Of a stretch of 64,000 nt of DNA, positions 10,427 to 19,444 are shown in pieces. The DNA is taken from NCBI GenBank assembly GCA_963715335.1, contig CAVQRZ010000014.1, positions 128,001 through 192,000 of the forward strand. The letters run 5' to 3'. This DNA is from an uncultured delta proteobacterium (GTDB lineage: Bacteria; Desulfobacterota; Desulfuromonadia; Desulfuromonadales; BM103). The notes under the pieces are model-generated. The model was not told where the DNA came from. It saw only the letters and a program-made list of their open reading frames with translations, and made no database searches. The position numbers were made by a program, and so were the translations under genes. Positions within the stretch are counted from its first letter, which is position 1, and each line of letters opens with the position of its first letter.

Positions 10427-12877
10427 ATGGAAAGTGAACTGAAAGTTGTGCCGCAAAGGAAAGCTGCTGCCGAGGGTAACTTTTACCCGGAGCATAAAGC
10501 GGCTATCGGCCCGGGAATGAACGCGCGCGTCCAGCGCCTGCGCAAGCTGAGCGTGGAGGCGGAACCGAGCCTGTCGATCGAACGCGCCCTTCACGAAACG
10601 GCCTTCTACAAGGAAAATTACGGCAAGCACTCGGTTCCGATGTTGAGGGCGCTGAACTTTCTCGATCACTGCCAGAAAAAAACTCTGTACATCGGAGATG
10701 ATGAGCTGATTGTCGCCGAGCGCGGCCCAAGGCCGAAGGCTGTGCCGACTTTCCCCGAGCTGACCTGCCACAGTGTCGAAGATTTCCAAGTCCTCAATAC
10801 CCGCGACCAGCAGCGCTACACCATCAGTGATGAGGATATTGCGACCTACGCGCGCGAAGTGATCCCTTACTGGCAGGGCAAGACCATTCGCGAACGAATC
10901 TTCAGCCATGTCCCCGATGAATGGCGGGCTGCCTACGAGGCCGGGCTCTTTACCGAGTTCATGGAGCAGCGTGCACCGGGGCACACCGCCCTGGATGGCC
11001 AGATCTATCGTAAAGGGATGCTCGATTTCAAAAAGCAGATTGCTGATGAACTGGCCGCGCTGGACTTCCTCAATGACCCGGAGGCCACCGACAAGGCAGA
11101 AGAACTCAAGGCAATGGGTGTCTCTTGCGATGCCGTGATCGTTTTCGCCGAGCGTCACGCCGATCTGGCTGAAGAGCTGATGGCCGCTGCAAGTGACCCG
11201 CAGCGGATTGCCGAGTTGCGCTCCATTGCCGAAGTCTGCCGCTGGGTTCCCGCCAACGCGCCGCGCACTTTTCACGAAGCGATCCAGATGTACTGGTTCG
11301 TGCATCTCGGCACGATCACCGAACTGAATGGCTGGGACGCCATGAACCCCGGGCATTTCGATCAGCATCTTGCTCCCTTCTACGAAGCAGAGCTTGCCGC
11401 AGGGACCTTGACCCGCGAACGGGCCAAGGAGTTGCTCAGCTGTTTCTGGATCAAGGTCAACAACCATCCGGCGCCGCCCAAGGTGGGGATCACGGCCCGT
11501 GAGAGCGGCACCTACAACGACTTCACCAATATCAACATTGGTGGCGTAACGAGTGACGGCAGGGACGGCGTCAGCGAGGTGTCCTACCTCATGCTCGAGG
11601 TGATTGAAGAGCTGCATGTCCTGCAGCCCGGCAACTCGGTACACATCAGCAGCAAGACTCCCGACCGTTTCTTGAAGGCCGCTTGCAAGGTGATTCGCCA
11701 GGGGCATGGCTACCCCTCGGTGTTCAATCCCGACGTCTATATCGTTGAGATGCTGCGCCAGGGTAAGTCGCTCAAGGACGCCCGTGAGGGCGGCTGCAGC
11801 GGCTGTATCGAGGTGGGCGCTTTTGGCAAGGAAGCATTCATCCTGACCGGTTACCTCAACGTGCCGAAAATTCTCGAAGTCACCCTGAACAACGGCGTCG
11901 ACCCGGTGACGGGCAAGGTTGCCGGTATTGCAACCGGGGACCCGAGAGGGTTTGAAAGCTACGATGAACTCTACGAGGCGTTTAAACGACAGCTCAACTT
12001 CATCGTCGACACCAAGGTGCGGGTGAGCAATTACATCGACCGGATGTTTGCCAAGTATGCGCCGGCGCCTTTCCTGTCGGTGGTCATAGAAGATTGCATC
12101 AGCAAGGGCCGGGATTATTACGACGGTGGCCCACGTTACAATACCAACTACATTCAGTGCACCGGTCTGGCGACCACGACAGACAGCCTTGCCGTGCTCA
12201 AGAAGCACGTTTTCGAGGGGAAGTCTTTCAGTATGGAGCGGGTCCTCGAAGCTGTGGGCAAGAACTTCGAAGGTGAGGAATTCATACGCCAGACGGTGCT
12301 CAACAAGACACCCTTTTTCGGTAATGATGACGACTATGCCGACGACATCGCCCTTAAGGTTTACCATGATCTGCTGGCCGCCATCGACGGCAAGCCGAAC
12401 GTCAAGGGCGAGACCTTCCACCTCAACATGCTCTCCACGACCTGCCATATCTACTTCGGCAAGGTGATGGGGGCGACGCCCAATGGACGCCTGGCAGGCA
12501 AGTCGATTTCCGATGGCACGTCTCCCTCGCACGGCGCCGACACCCATGGCCCTTCGGCGGTCATCCGTTCGCTGAGCAAGCTTGACCACACCATGTCCGG
12601 CGGCACTCTGCTCAACCAGCGCTTCCTGCCCAGCCTGCTCAAGCGCGATGAGGATGTTGCCCGGCTTGGCCACTTGATCCGCAGCTACTTTACCCTCGGC
12701 GGCCATCACATCCAGTTCAATATCGTTGACACCGCGACGTTGCAGGCTGCCCAGGAGACCCCCGAAGACTACAAGGACCTGCTGGTGCGCATGGCTGGCT
12801 ACAGTGACTACTTCAACGATATGAATGCAGACCTGCAACAGGAAGTTATCGAGCGGACCGAGAACGAGTCGTTCTGA
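10427..12877 (+). CDS. hypD: Glycyl radical enzyme, trans-4-hydroxy-L-proline dehydratase
   Basis: Motifs matching C. difficile HypD as recalled: FTEFMEQRAPGH, ELNGWDA, PAPPKVGIT..ESGTYNDF, SGCIE (catalytic Cys), LTGY, MLSTTCH, and the glycyl radical loop RMAGYS. Confidence 0.93.
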   Translation: MESELKVVPQRKAAAEGNFYPEHKAAIGPGMNARVQRLRKLSVEAEPSLSIERALHETAFYKENYGKHSVPMLRALNFLDHCQKKTLYIGDDELIVAERGPRPKAVPTFPELTCHSVEDFQVLNTRDQQRYTISDEDIATYAREVIPYWQGKTIRERIFSHVPDEWRAAYEAGLFTEFMEQRAPGHTALDGQIYRKGMLDFKKQIADELAALDFLNDPEATDKAEELKAMGVSCDAVIVFAERHADLAEELMAAASDPQRIAELRSIAEVCRWVPANAPRTFHEAIQMYWFVHLGTITELNGWDAMNPGHFDQHLAPFYEAELAAGTLTRERAKELLSCFWIKVNNHPAPPKVGITARESGTYNDFTNINIGGVTSDGRDGVSEVSYLMLEVIEELHVLQPGNSVHISSKTPDRFLKAACKVIRQGHGYPSVFNPDVYIVEMLRQGKSLKDAREGGCSGCIEVGAFGKEAFILTGYLNVPKILEVTLNNGVDPVTGKVAGIATGDPRGFESYDELYEAFKRQLNFIVDTKVRVSNYIDRMFAKYAPAPFLSVVIEDCISKGRDYYDGGPRYNTNYIQCTGLATTTDSLAVLKKHVFEGKSFSMERVLEAVGKNFEGEEFIRQTVLNKTPFFGNDDDYADDIALKVYHDLLAAIDGKPNVKGETFHLNMLSTTCHIYFGKVMGATPNGRLAGKSISDGTSPSHGADTHGPSAVIRSLSKLDHTMSGGTLLNQRFLPSLLKRDEDVARLGHLIRSYFTLGGHHIQFNIVDTATLQAAQETPEDYKDLLVRMAGYSDYFNDMNADLQQEVIERTENESF

Positions 12878-12878
12878 A

Positions 12879-13787
12879 ATGCAGCAACCGCTCGTATTCG
12901 ATATCAAGCGTTATTCGATCAATGACGGTCCCGGAATCCGTGTCACGATTTTCCTCAAGGGGTGTCCGCTGAATTGCCAGTGGTGCCACAACCCTGAAAG
13001 CATCTCGCCCAGAATTCAAAAGCTCTTTACCGCCAGCAAATGCATCGGCTGCGGAGAATGTTGCCGTGTTTGCCCGGTGCAGGCCTGTACCCTGACCCCC
13101 GGGGGGATCGAGACGGATGAGAAGCTCTGCACCCTCTGCGGCAAGTGCGCGGAGGTCTGTCCGACCCTGGCGACGGAGATGTCCGGGCAGTACCGCTCTA
13201 TTGCAGAACTCATTGAGATCATCGAAAAGGAACGGCCTTTTTTTGAACAGTCGGGTGGCGGGGTGACTTTTTCCGGTGGTGAACCTCTCCTTTACCCTGA
13301 GTTCCTGATTGAGCTTCTCGATGCCTGCGGCAAGAAGAATATTCACAGCGCGATAGATACTTCGGGGTATGTCAAGGGCGAAACCCTGCTCAGGGTCGCC
13401 GGACACACCGACCTTTTCCTTTACGATTTGAAGATAATTGATGCCGAACGGCACAGGCATTTCACCGGCGTTGATAACCGGCTGATCCTGGATAACCTGA
13501 AGATGCTGGCAGAGACGGGCGCGACGATCCAGATACGCATCCCGCTGATCGGCGGTGTGAACGATGATGTGCAAAGCGTCAAGGCCTTCGCCGCCCATGT
13601 CGCCGGTTTGGCCGGCGCAAGCAAAGAGGTCAACCTGCTGCCGTTCCATGATGTTGCCAGGGGGAAGGATCTGAAGCTCGGCCGGAATCGTGATTTGAGC
13701 GCCCTGAAAGAGCCCGGACCGGAGAGCGTTGCCCGCGCCCTGGAAATCTTTGCCGGGTATGGCCTGGCGGCCAGTGTCGGGGGGTAA
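12879..13787 (+). CDS. Glycyl-radical activating enzyme (radical SAM with a 2x[4Fe-4S] ferredoxin insert)
   Basis: DGPGIR, GCPLNCQWCHNPE, CIGCGECCRVCP, CTLCGKCAEVCP, SGGEP; adjacent to hypD. Confidence 0.93.
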   Translation: MQQPLVFDIKRYSINDGPGIRVTIFLKGCPLNCQWCHNPESISPRIQKLFTASKCIGCGECCRVCPVQACTLTPGGIETDEKLCTLCGKCAEVCPTLATEMSGQYRSIAELIEIIEKERPFFEQSGGGVTFSGGEPLLYPEFLIELLDACGKKNIHSAIDTSGYVKGETLLRVAGHTDLFLYDLKIIDAERHRHFTGVDNRLILDNLKMLAETGATIQIRIPLIGGVNDDVQSVKAFAAHVAGLAGASKEVNLLPFHDVARGKDLKLGRNRDLSALKEPGPESVARALEIFAGYGLAASVGG

Positions 13788-13790
13788 GCT

Positions 13791-13843
13791 TATGCATAAT
13801 TGCATACGACTATATCACAAAGAACTCAATGCATATTTGCATA
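13791..13843. promoter_or_regulatory. Paired palindromes (T/A)ATGC-N6-GCATA upstream of pruA
   Basis: TATGCataattGCATA at 13791-13806 and AATGCatatttGCATA at 13828-13843. Confidence 0.55.
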
Positions 13844-14134
13844 TAACCAAATCTTCTCCATAAAAAACAGCAATATATATAGCATTGCCGGCCTTTTTTT
13901 AATGCTCTGTTGCATAATATTTTTTCTGTTAATCGTCTCTGGATCCTCCCGCAACTCCTGTTCAAGAAAAAAACCGTCATCACCCGCTTTCCGGATGTTT
14001 CTCCTCTGAAATATCTTCTCGGCAAAAATCTTTTTAAAAACAGTCTGTTATAATTCTCTTGCGATTTTCAATGAGGTCTTTTTGTCAGGAGCTGCGCGAC
14101 GCATGCACCACTGGTGCAGGTAAACGGGATGGCT

Positions 14135-14150
14135 TGGCATCCTGCTTGCT
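14135..14150 (+). promoter_or_regulatory. Sigma-54 promoter of the pruA-proline dehydrogenase operon
   Basis: TGGCAT-CCTGC-TTGCT with exact spacing, about 70 bp before the ATG. Confidence 0.75.
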
Positions 14151-14222
14151 CTTACAGACGATGAGAATATCTCGGATGCGAATCCTTAAACGGTAAATAA
14201 CCCGGTACGAAAGGTGATCGTC

Positions 14223-15866
14223 ATGAATCTGCTGAATAACGCCATACTCAAGGTTCCGACCCCTGTCAACGAGCCGATCAACAGCTATGCTCCGGGCACG
14301 CCGGAGCGCGCTCTGCTTAAGGCTGCAATCGCTGATATTGCCGCAAAAAAAGTAGAAATTCCCCTGATTATCGGTGGCAAGGATGTCCGCACCGGCAATC
14401 TTGGCAAGGTGGTCATGCCGCATGACCATCAGCATGTCCTCGGCGAATATCACATTGCCGGGGAAAAAGAGATCAGCATGGCGATCGAGGCAGCAATGGC
14501 CGCCAAGCCGGCCTGGGCAGCCCTGCGCTGGGAAGAACGTGCGGCGATCTTTCTCAAGGCGGCTGAGTTGTTGGCCGGCAGGTATCGCCACGTCATGAAT
14601 GCGATCAGCATGCTCTCGACCGGCAAGACGGCCTACCAGGCAGAGATTGATGCGGCCTGCGAGTTGATCGATTTCCTGCGTTTCAATGTCTACTACGCAC
14701 AACAGGTCTATAGCGACCAGCCACTCTATTCACCGACCGGCGTATGGAACTTTGTCCAGCAGCGTCCTCTGGAAGGCTTCATCTTCGCCGTTGCACCGTT
14801 CAACTTCACTGCGATTGCCGGCAACCTGGCAACGTCCCCTGCGATCATGGGCAATACCGTATTCCTCAAGCCGGCATCTTCCTGTGTGTACACGCCGTAC
14901 CTCTTCATGCAGATTCTCAGGGAAGCCGGTCTGCCGGACGGCGTCATCAACTTCGTGCCCGGGCCCGGTTCGATGGTCGGCAAAATGTGTCTCGATCATG
15001 CCGATCTCGGCGGCATTCACTTTACCGGTTCGACCGGAGTCTTTCACCAGATGTGGGCGACGGTCGGCAAGAATATCGCCAGGTACAAGTCGTATCCGCG
15101 GATTGTCGGAGAGACCGGTGGCAAGGACTTCATCGTTGCTCACAAGAGTGCTGATGTCCGCAGGCTGGTTACCGGTATCGTCCGCGGTGCATTCGAATTC
15201 CAGGGGCAGAAGTGCTCGGCGGCTTCGCGTGCTTATATCCCCAAATCGATCTGGGGCGAGGTCCGCAGAGAGCTCGAAGCCGATGTCGCCCGAATCAAGA
15301 TGGGCCCGACCAACGATTTCACAAACTTCTTCAGTGCGGTGATCGACAGCTCGGCCTATGCCACGATCACCGAATATATTGATTACGCCAGGGCTGCCGA
15401 GGATGCCGAAATTATTGCCGGTGGCGGTTACGACGACAGCAAGGGCTACTTCATCGAGCCGACGGTCATCCTGACCAGCAACCCGCACTTCCGTACCCTG
15501 GAGGAGGAGATCTTCGGTCCGGTCATGACCATTTATGTGTACGAGGATGAAAAGTACGAAGAGACGCTCAAGCTCTGCGACGAGACGTCGATCTACGCCC
15601 TGACCGGCGCTGTATTCGCGACCGACAGGAGCGCGGTCAGTCTTGCATTGAGCAGGCTGGAAAACGCCGCCGGCAACTTCTATATCAATGACAAGCCGAC
15701 CGGCGCAGTCGTCGGGCAGCAGCCGTTTGGTGGGGCCCGCGCGTCCGGTACCAATGACAAGGCCGGCTCGTACCTGAACCTGCTCCGCTGGGTCTCGCCG
15801 CGCACGATCAAGGAAACCTTCGATGCGCCTGCAGACTTTGCTTACCCCTTCATGGACGCTGAATAA
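14223..15866 (+). CDS. pruA: Delta1-pyrroline-5-carboxylate (glutamate semialdehyde) dehydrogenase, ALDH4 type
   Basis: PVNEP, EIDAACELIDF, PFNFTAI, FTGST, GETGGKDF, FEFQGQKCSA, YINDKPTGAVVGQQPFGG. Confidence 0.95.
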   Translation: MNLLNNAILKVPTPVNEPINSYAPGTPERALLKAAIADIAAKKVEIPLIIGGKDVRTGNLGKVVMPHDHQHVLGEYHIAGEKEISMAIEAAMAAKPAWAALRWEERAAIFLKAAELLAGRYRHVMNAISMLSTGKTAYQAEIDAACELIDFLRFNVYYAQQVYSDQPLYSPTGVWNFVQQRPLEGFIFAVAPFNFTAIAGNLATSPAIMGNTVFLKPASSCVYTPYLFMQILREAGLPDGVINFVPGPGSMVGKMCLDHADLGGIHFTGSTGVFHQMWATVGKNIARYKSYPRIVGETGGKDFIVAHKSADVRRLVTGIVRGAFEFQGQKCSAASRAYIPKSIWGEVRRELEADVARIKMGPTNDFTNFFSAVIDSSAYATITEYIDYARAAEDAEIIAGGGYDDSKGYFIEPTVILTSNPHFRTLEEEIFGPVMTIYVYEDEKYEETLKLCDETSIYALTGAVFATDRSAVSLALSRLENAAGNFYINDKPTGAVVGQQPFGGARASGTNDKAGSYLNLLRWVSPRTIKETFDAPADFAYPFMDAE

Positions 15867-15924
15867 GGGTGCTTGTGGGTGGCTTGGCCGCCGACATCAA
15901 AGTTGTTCATACATGGAGGAGTGA

Positions 15925-16839
15925 ATGTCAATTTTCAATTTCCTGGTATCAAAAACGATCATGCACGTGCCAGGACCGATTGTTGGGCTCTTTGCCAGAG
16001 GTTATATAGCCGGTGAAGAACTCAAGCATGCGATCGCGGTCACCAGAGACCTGAACAGCAAAGGCATGATGGCGACTATCGATATCCTTGGTGAGTTCAT
16101 TAAAACCAGGGAGGAAGCGACCTATTTCAAGGAGCAGTGCCTGGAAATCCTGAAAGGCATCGACAGGGAAAAGCTGGACGCCAACCTGTCGCTGAAACCG
16201 ACCCAGATGGGTCTGGAACTCGACAAGGAATTCGCTTTTGCCAACATCCGCGAGATCGTGGAACTGGCCGCCGGGTTGAATAATTTCGTGCGCATCGATA
16301 TGGAAGACCATTCATGCACTGACCACACGATCGAGTTCTTCAGGCGCCTGCGCGAGGAGTTCCCCGGGCATGTCGGCGTGGTACTGCAGTCTTACCTGCG
16401 CCGCACTCTCGATGATATTGAAGCCATGAGTGACGGCTTGTTGCACTTCCGCCTGTGCAAAGGGATTTATAACGAGCCGCGCACAGTCGCCTACAAAGAC
16501 ATGACGATCATCAACCGTAGCTTTGTCTGTTGTCTGGACAAGATGTTTGCAAAAGGCGCATACGTTGGTATTGCCACTCACGATGAAAAGCTGATCTTCG
16601 AATCATTGCAGTTGATCAGAAAATATGCATTGAAAAGTGACGATTATGAATTCCAGATGCTGCTCGGAGTTGATCCGGAGTTGCGTGACATGCTGGTTGC
16701 ACAGAAGCACAGGCTTCGTATATACGTGCCGTTCGGCAAGTCCTGGTTGCCGTATTCAAAGCGGCGCCTCAAGGAGAACCCCAGTATCGCCCAGCATGCC
16801 CTGCGACAGATCCTCGGCATGAAATCCAAATCGGTCTGA
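15925..16839 (+). CDS. putB: Monofunctional proline dehydrogenase
   Basis: YIAGE, SLKPTQMG, RIDMED, LQSYLRRT, RLCKGIY, IATHD, EFQMLLG, RIYVPFG, RRLKENP. Confidence 0.93.
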   Translation: MSIFNFLVSKTIMHVPGPIVGLFARGYIAGEELKHAIAVTRDLNSKGMMATIDILGEFIKTREEATYFKEQCLEILKGIDREKLDANLSLKPTQMGLELDKEFAFANIREIVELAAGLNNFVRIDMEDHSCTDHTIEFFRRLREEFPGHVGVVLQSYLRRTLDDIEAMSDGLLHFRLCKGIYNEPRTVAYKDMTIINRSFVCCLDKMFAKGAYVGIATHDEKLIFESLQLIRKYALKSDDYEFQMLLGVDPELRDMLVAQKHRLRIYVPFGKSWLPYSKRRLKENPSIAQHALRQILGMKSKSV

Positions 16840-16861
16840 CCGAAAGGGTAAACTCTGTTGC

Positions 16862-16895
16862 AAAGGAGGATGTCACTTGTTGGCATCCTCCTTTT
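16862..16895 (+). terminator. Intrinsic terminator-like hairpin
   Basis: AAAGGAGGATGTCA-loop-TGGCATCCTCCTTTT after the proline dehydrogenase gene. Confidence 0.7.
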
Positions 16896-16934
16896 CGTGT
16901 CTGTGAGGGGCTGAACTTGGGAACCTGATTGACT

Positions 16935-18278
16935 ATGACTCGGCAAGCAACTCTGAAGAGTATATATCGTCTCTGGTGGCCGTTGGCCGCAACCTGGTTG
17001 ATGATGGCCATCGAAGGCCCCTTCCTGGCTGCGGTGATTGCCCGAATGGGGGAGAGTGCCGTCAACCTGGCTGCTTACGGGGTGGCCTATGCGTTCGGCC
17101 TGATCACCGAAGCCCCGGTGATCATGCTTCTGAGCGCTGCGACCCGCCTGGGGCGATCACGCACTGATTACCTGCGTCTGCGGGCCTTCTCCATCATCCT
17201 TTGCGGTGCAGTCACCTTGCTGCTCGTATCCCTGCTGTTGCCGCCGGTTTTTAACCCGTTGACATCCACACTCCTGGGCTTGACAGACGATGTTGCCGGC
17301 CATGTGCGGCAGGCTATGTGGCTGCTGCTGCCGTGGCCGGCGGCAATCGGTATGCGGCGCTTCTACCAGGGGGTGCTGATCGCTCACCATCAGCCGGGCA
17401 GGGTGGCCGTCGGCACGACCACGCGACTGTTTGGCATGTCGATAACGGCCGGCCTGCTCTGGTCCTTCAGTAATTTCCCGGGAGCGAGCCTGGGGGCGTG
17501 CGCCCTGAGCGCCGGCGTGGTCCTCGAGGCCTTGTCAACCCGCTGGCTGGCCAGGCAGGCAATCGCAAAATTGCTGCGGGAGCAAGAGGCTCACGCCACC
17601 ATGGCATCTTATACTGCCCTGGGCCGTTTCTATCTGCCCTTGGCCATGACACCGCTGATCGGCCTGAGCGTTCATCCCGTGGTGACCTTCTTTCTTGGCC
17701 ATGGCAACAGACCGCTTGAGTCTCTGGCGATCATGCCGGTCCTCTATTCTCTCACATTCGTCTTTCGTGCTCTGGGCCTTTCCTTTCCGGAGGTAGCCAT
17801 CGCCACATTGAAGGATGGCGGGGAGAATCGTGCGGTCGTCCGACGTTTCGCCCTGTATCTGGCTATCGCTCTGGGGGGTGGTCTGTCCCTGATTGCTTTT
17901 ACCCCCTTGAATATCTTCTGGTATGCGACAGTTTCCGGCCTGCCTGCCGAACTTGTGCGGCTGGCGATTCCGCCACTGCAGATCATGGCGCTCTTCCCGG
18001 CTTTGACGGTCGCAATCGGATACCAGAGGGCGATATTGATCAACAGCGGGAAGACGCTGCCTGTTACTGTCGCAACGGCCATTGAAGCCTGCGGAATTTT
18101 TGTTGTTCTGGCCCTGCTGGTAAGATACTCTCCACTGCCGGGGGTGACGGCCGCAGCAATTGCTTACCTGCTGGGCCGACTCCTGGCGTTGCTGTATCTC
18201 TGCTGGCCATGTGCTGCAGAAAGCAGCGCCGGAAAGAAGGCACTGTGCAAAGCTCAACGAGGAGTGATGGATGAGTAA
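16935..18278 (+). CDS. MOP/MATE-superfamily membrane transporter, ANKH-like
   Basis: About 12 TM segments in two halves (WWPLA... / YLPLA...); the N-terminal ESAVNLAAYGVAYAF resembles the ANKH N-terminus. Confidence 0.65.
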   Translation: MTRQATLKSIYRLWWPLAATWLMMAIEGPFLAAVIARMGESAVNLAAYGVAYAFGLITEAPVIMLLSAATRLGRSRTDYLRLRAFSIILCGAVTLLLVSLLLPPVFNPLTSTLLGLTDDVAGHVRQAMWLLLPWPAAIGMRRFYQGVLIAHHQPGRVAVGTTTRLFGMSITAGLLWSFSNFPGASLGACALSAGVVLEALSTRWLARQAIAKLLREQEAHATMASYTALGRFYLPLAMTPLIGLSVHPVVTFFLGHGNRPLESLAIMPVLYSLTFVFRALGLSFPEVAIATLKDGGENRAVVRRFALYLAIALGGGLSLIAFTPLNIFWYATVSGLPAELVRLAIPPLQIMALFPALTVAIGYQRAILINSGKTLPVTVATAIEACGIFVVLALLVRYSPLPGVTAAAIAYLLGRLLALLYLCWPCAAESSAGKKALCKAQRGVMDE

Positions 18279-19174
18279 GGAGGGCTCGATGCAGGCGTCT
18301 GGTTTGTCCTGGGAGCGGCACTGCTCTGGGGGACCACCGGGACCGCCCAGGCATTTGCGCCCAAGGGGTTTCGACCCCGGGGTGATCGGCGCCTTGCGTC
18401 TCCTGGTCGGTGGTGGCGCAATGTTGATTTTAGTTATGCTGCAAAGTGGATTCATGCAGCTGAAAGGCTGGCCGCTAAAGACCACACTGCCGCCGCAGTT
18501 TTTACCGCACGTTACCAGCCTGCTTTTTTTCCGCTGTCGCCAGAACCGGGGTGGCCGTCGGCACGATCGTTGGTATCGGCAGCGCTCCGGTGATCGGCGG
18601 GATTCTTGGTTAGCTGTTTCGCGACGAACCTCCGAGAAGGGCTTGGTTTGTTGCTACCTCTCTGGCCATGATCGGCTGTATTGCCCTGACTTCAGCGAGC
18701 GGTGGCGATGTCGCGATTGACCTGGTCGGCGTCATCCTGGCGATTTGCGCGGGTGTTGCGTATGCAGCCTATACCTTGATCATGAAGGGACTGCTTGGAA
18801 GGACATGCGCCGAATGCCGTGATGGCTGTCGTTTTCAGTCTCGGTGCTCTGATGCTTGCTCCTCTGCTGATTGGTCGCGAAATGGCCTGGTTGGCAACGC
18901 CGCGCGCATCGCTGTTGTTTTTCACCTCGGGCTGGTGACGATGGCGCTGGCTTATTGGCTTTTCACTCGCGGGCTACAACGAATTCAGGTGGCTACTGCG
19001 GTGACTTTGACCCTGGCTGAACCGATGACTGCCGGCTTGTTGGGATTGTTTGTCCTGGGAGAGCATTTGAATTCCCTCTCTTTTGTTGGCATCTCCCTGA
19101 TTGTCTCCGGATTGGCAGTTCTTGCTTTCGGCGGTCGGAGTAAACTGGAAATCCCTGCAGATTTTGCAGGTTGA
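18271..19174 (+). CDS. DMT/EamA family transporter, frameshifted in this assembly
   Basis: LWGTTGTAQAFAP in an alternative frame, plus ORF 18668-19174 (AYWLFTRGL, TLTLAEPMTA, FVLGE); several indels. Confidence 0.75.
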
Positions 19175-19444
19175 CCGATAGTCGAGCAGCCGGTTTTTTA
19201 CGTATGTGAGTAAGGGCTTCAACATCTTCACTATGTGGTGGCCTTTAATGTTTTGCCCAGGTTGCTGTGCAAAATTCTGATTCAGAGCCGCTGATAAATA
19301 CTGTTGATTGATCTATTGTCCTCGATTAGGAGGATATCCGTTCCCTTGATTGTCCTGCATTGGGTTATGCTTTGGTTTCACGCAGTATTATGCCAAAGTT
19401 ATTGCTGATCTTTTGTCATAATAATTCTCAGGAGTGGAGAGCGC

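Noticed and set aside
10310..12907. 865-aa antisense ORF opposite hypD (and similar long shadows opposite livG, the racemase-family gene, the activase, polA and actP)
   Set aside because: No recognisable motifs; this is the expected antisense shadow of GC-biased codon usage.
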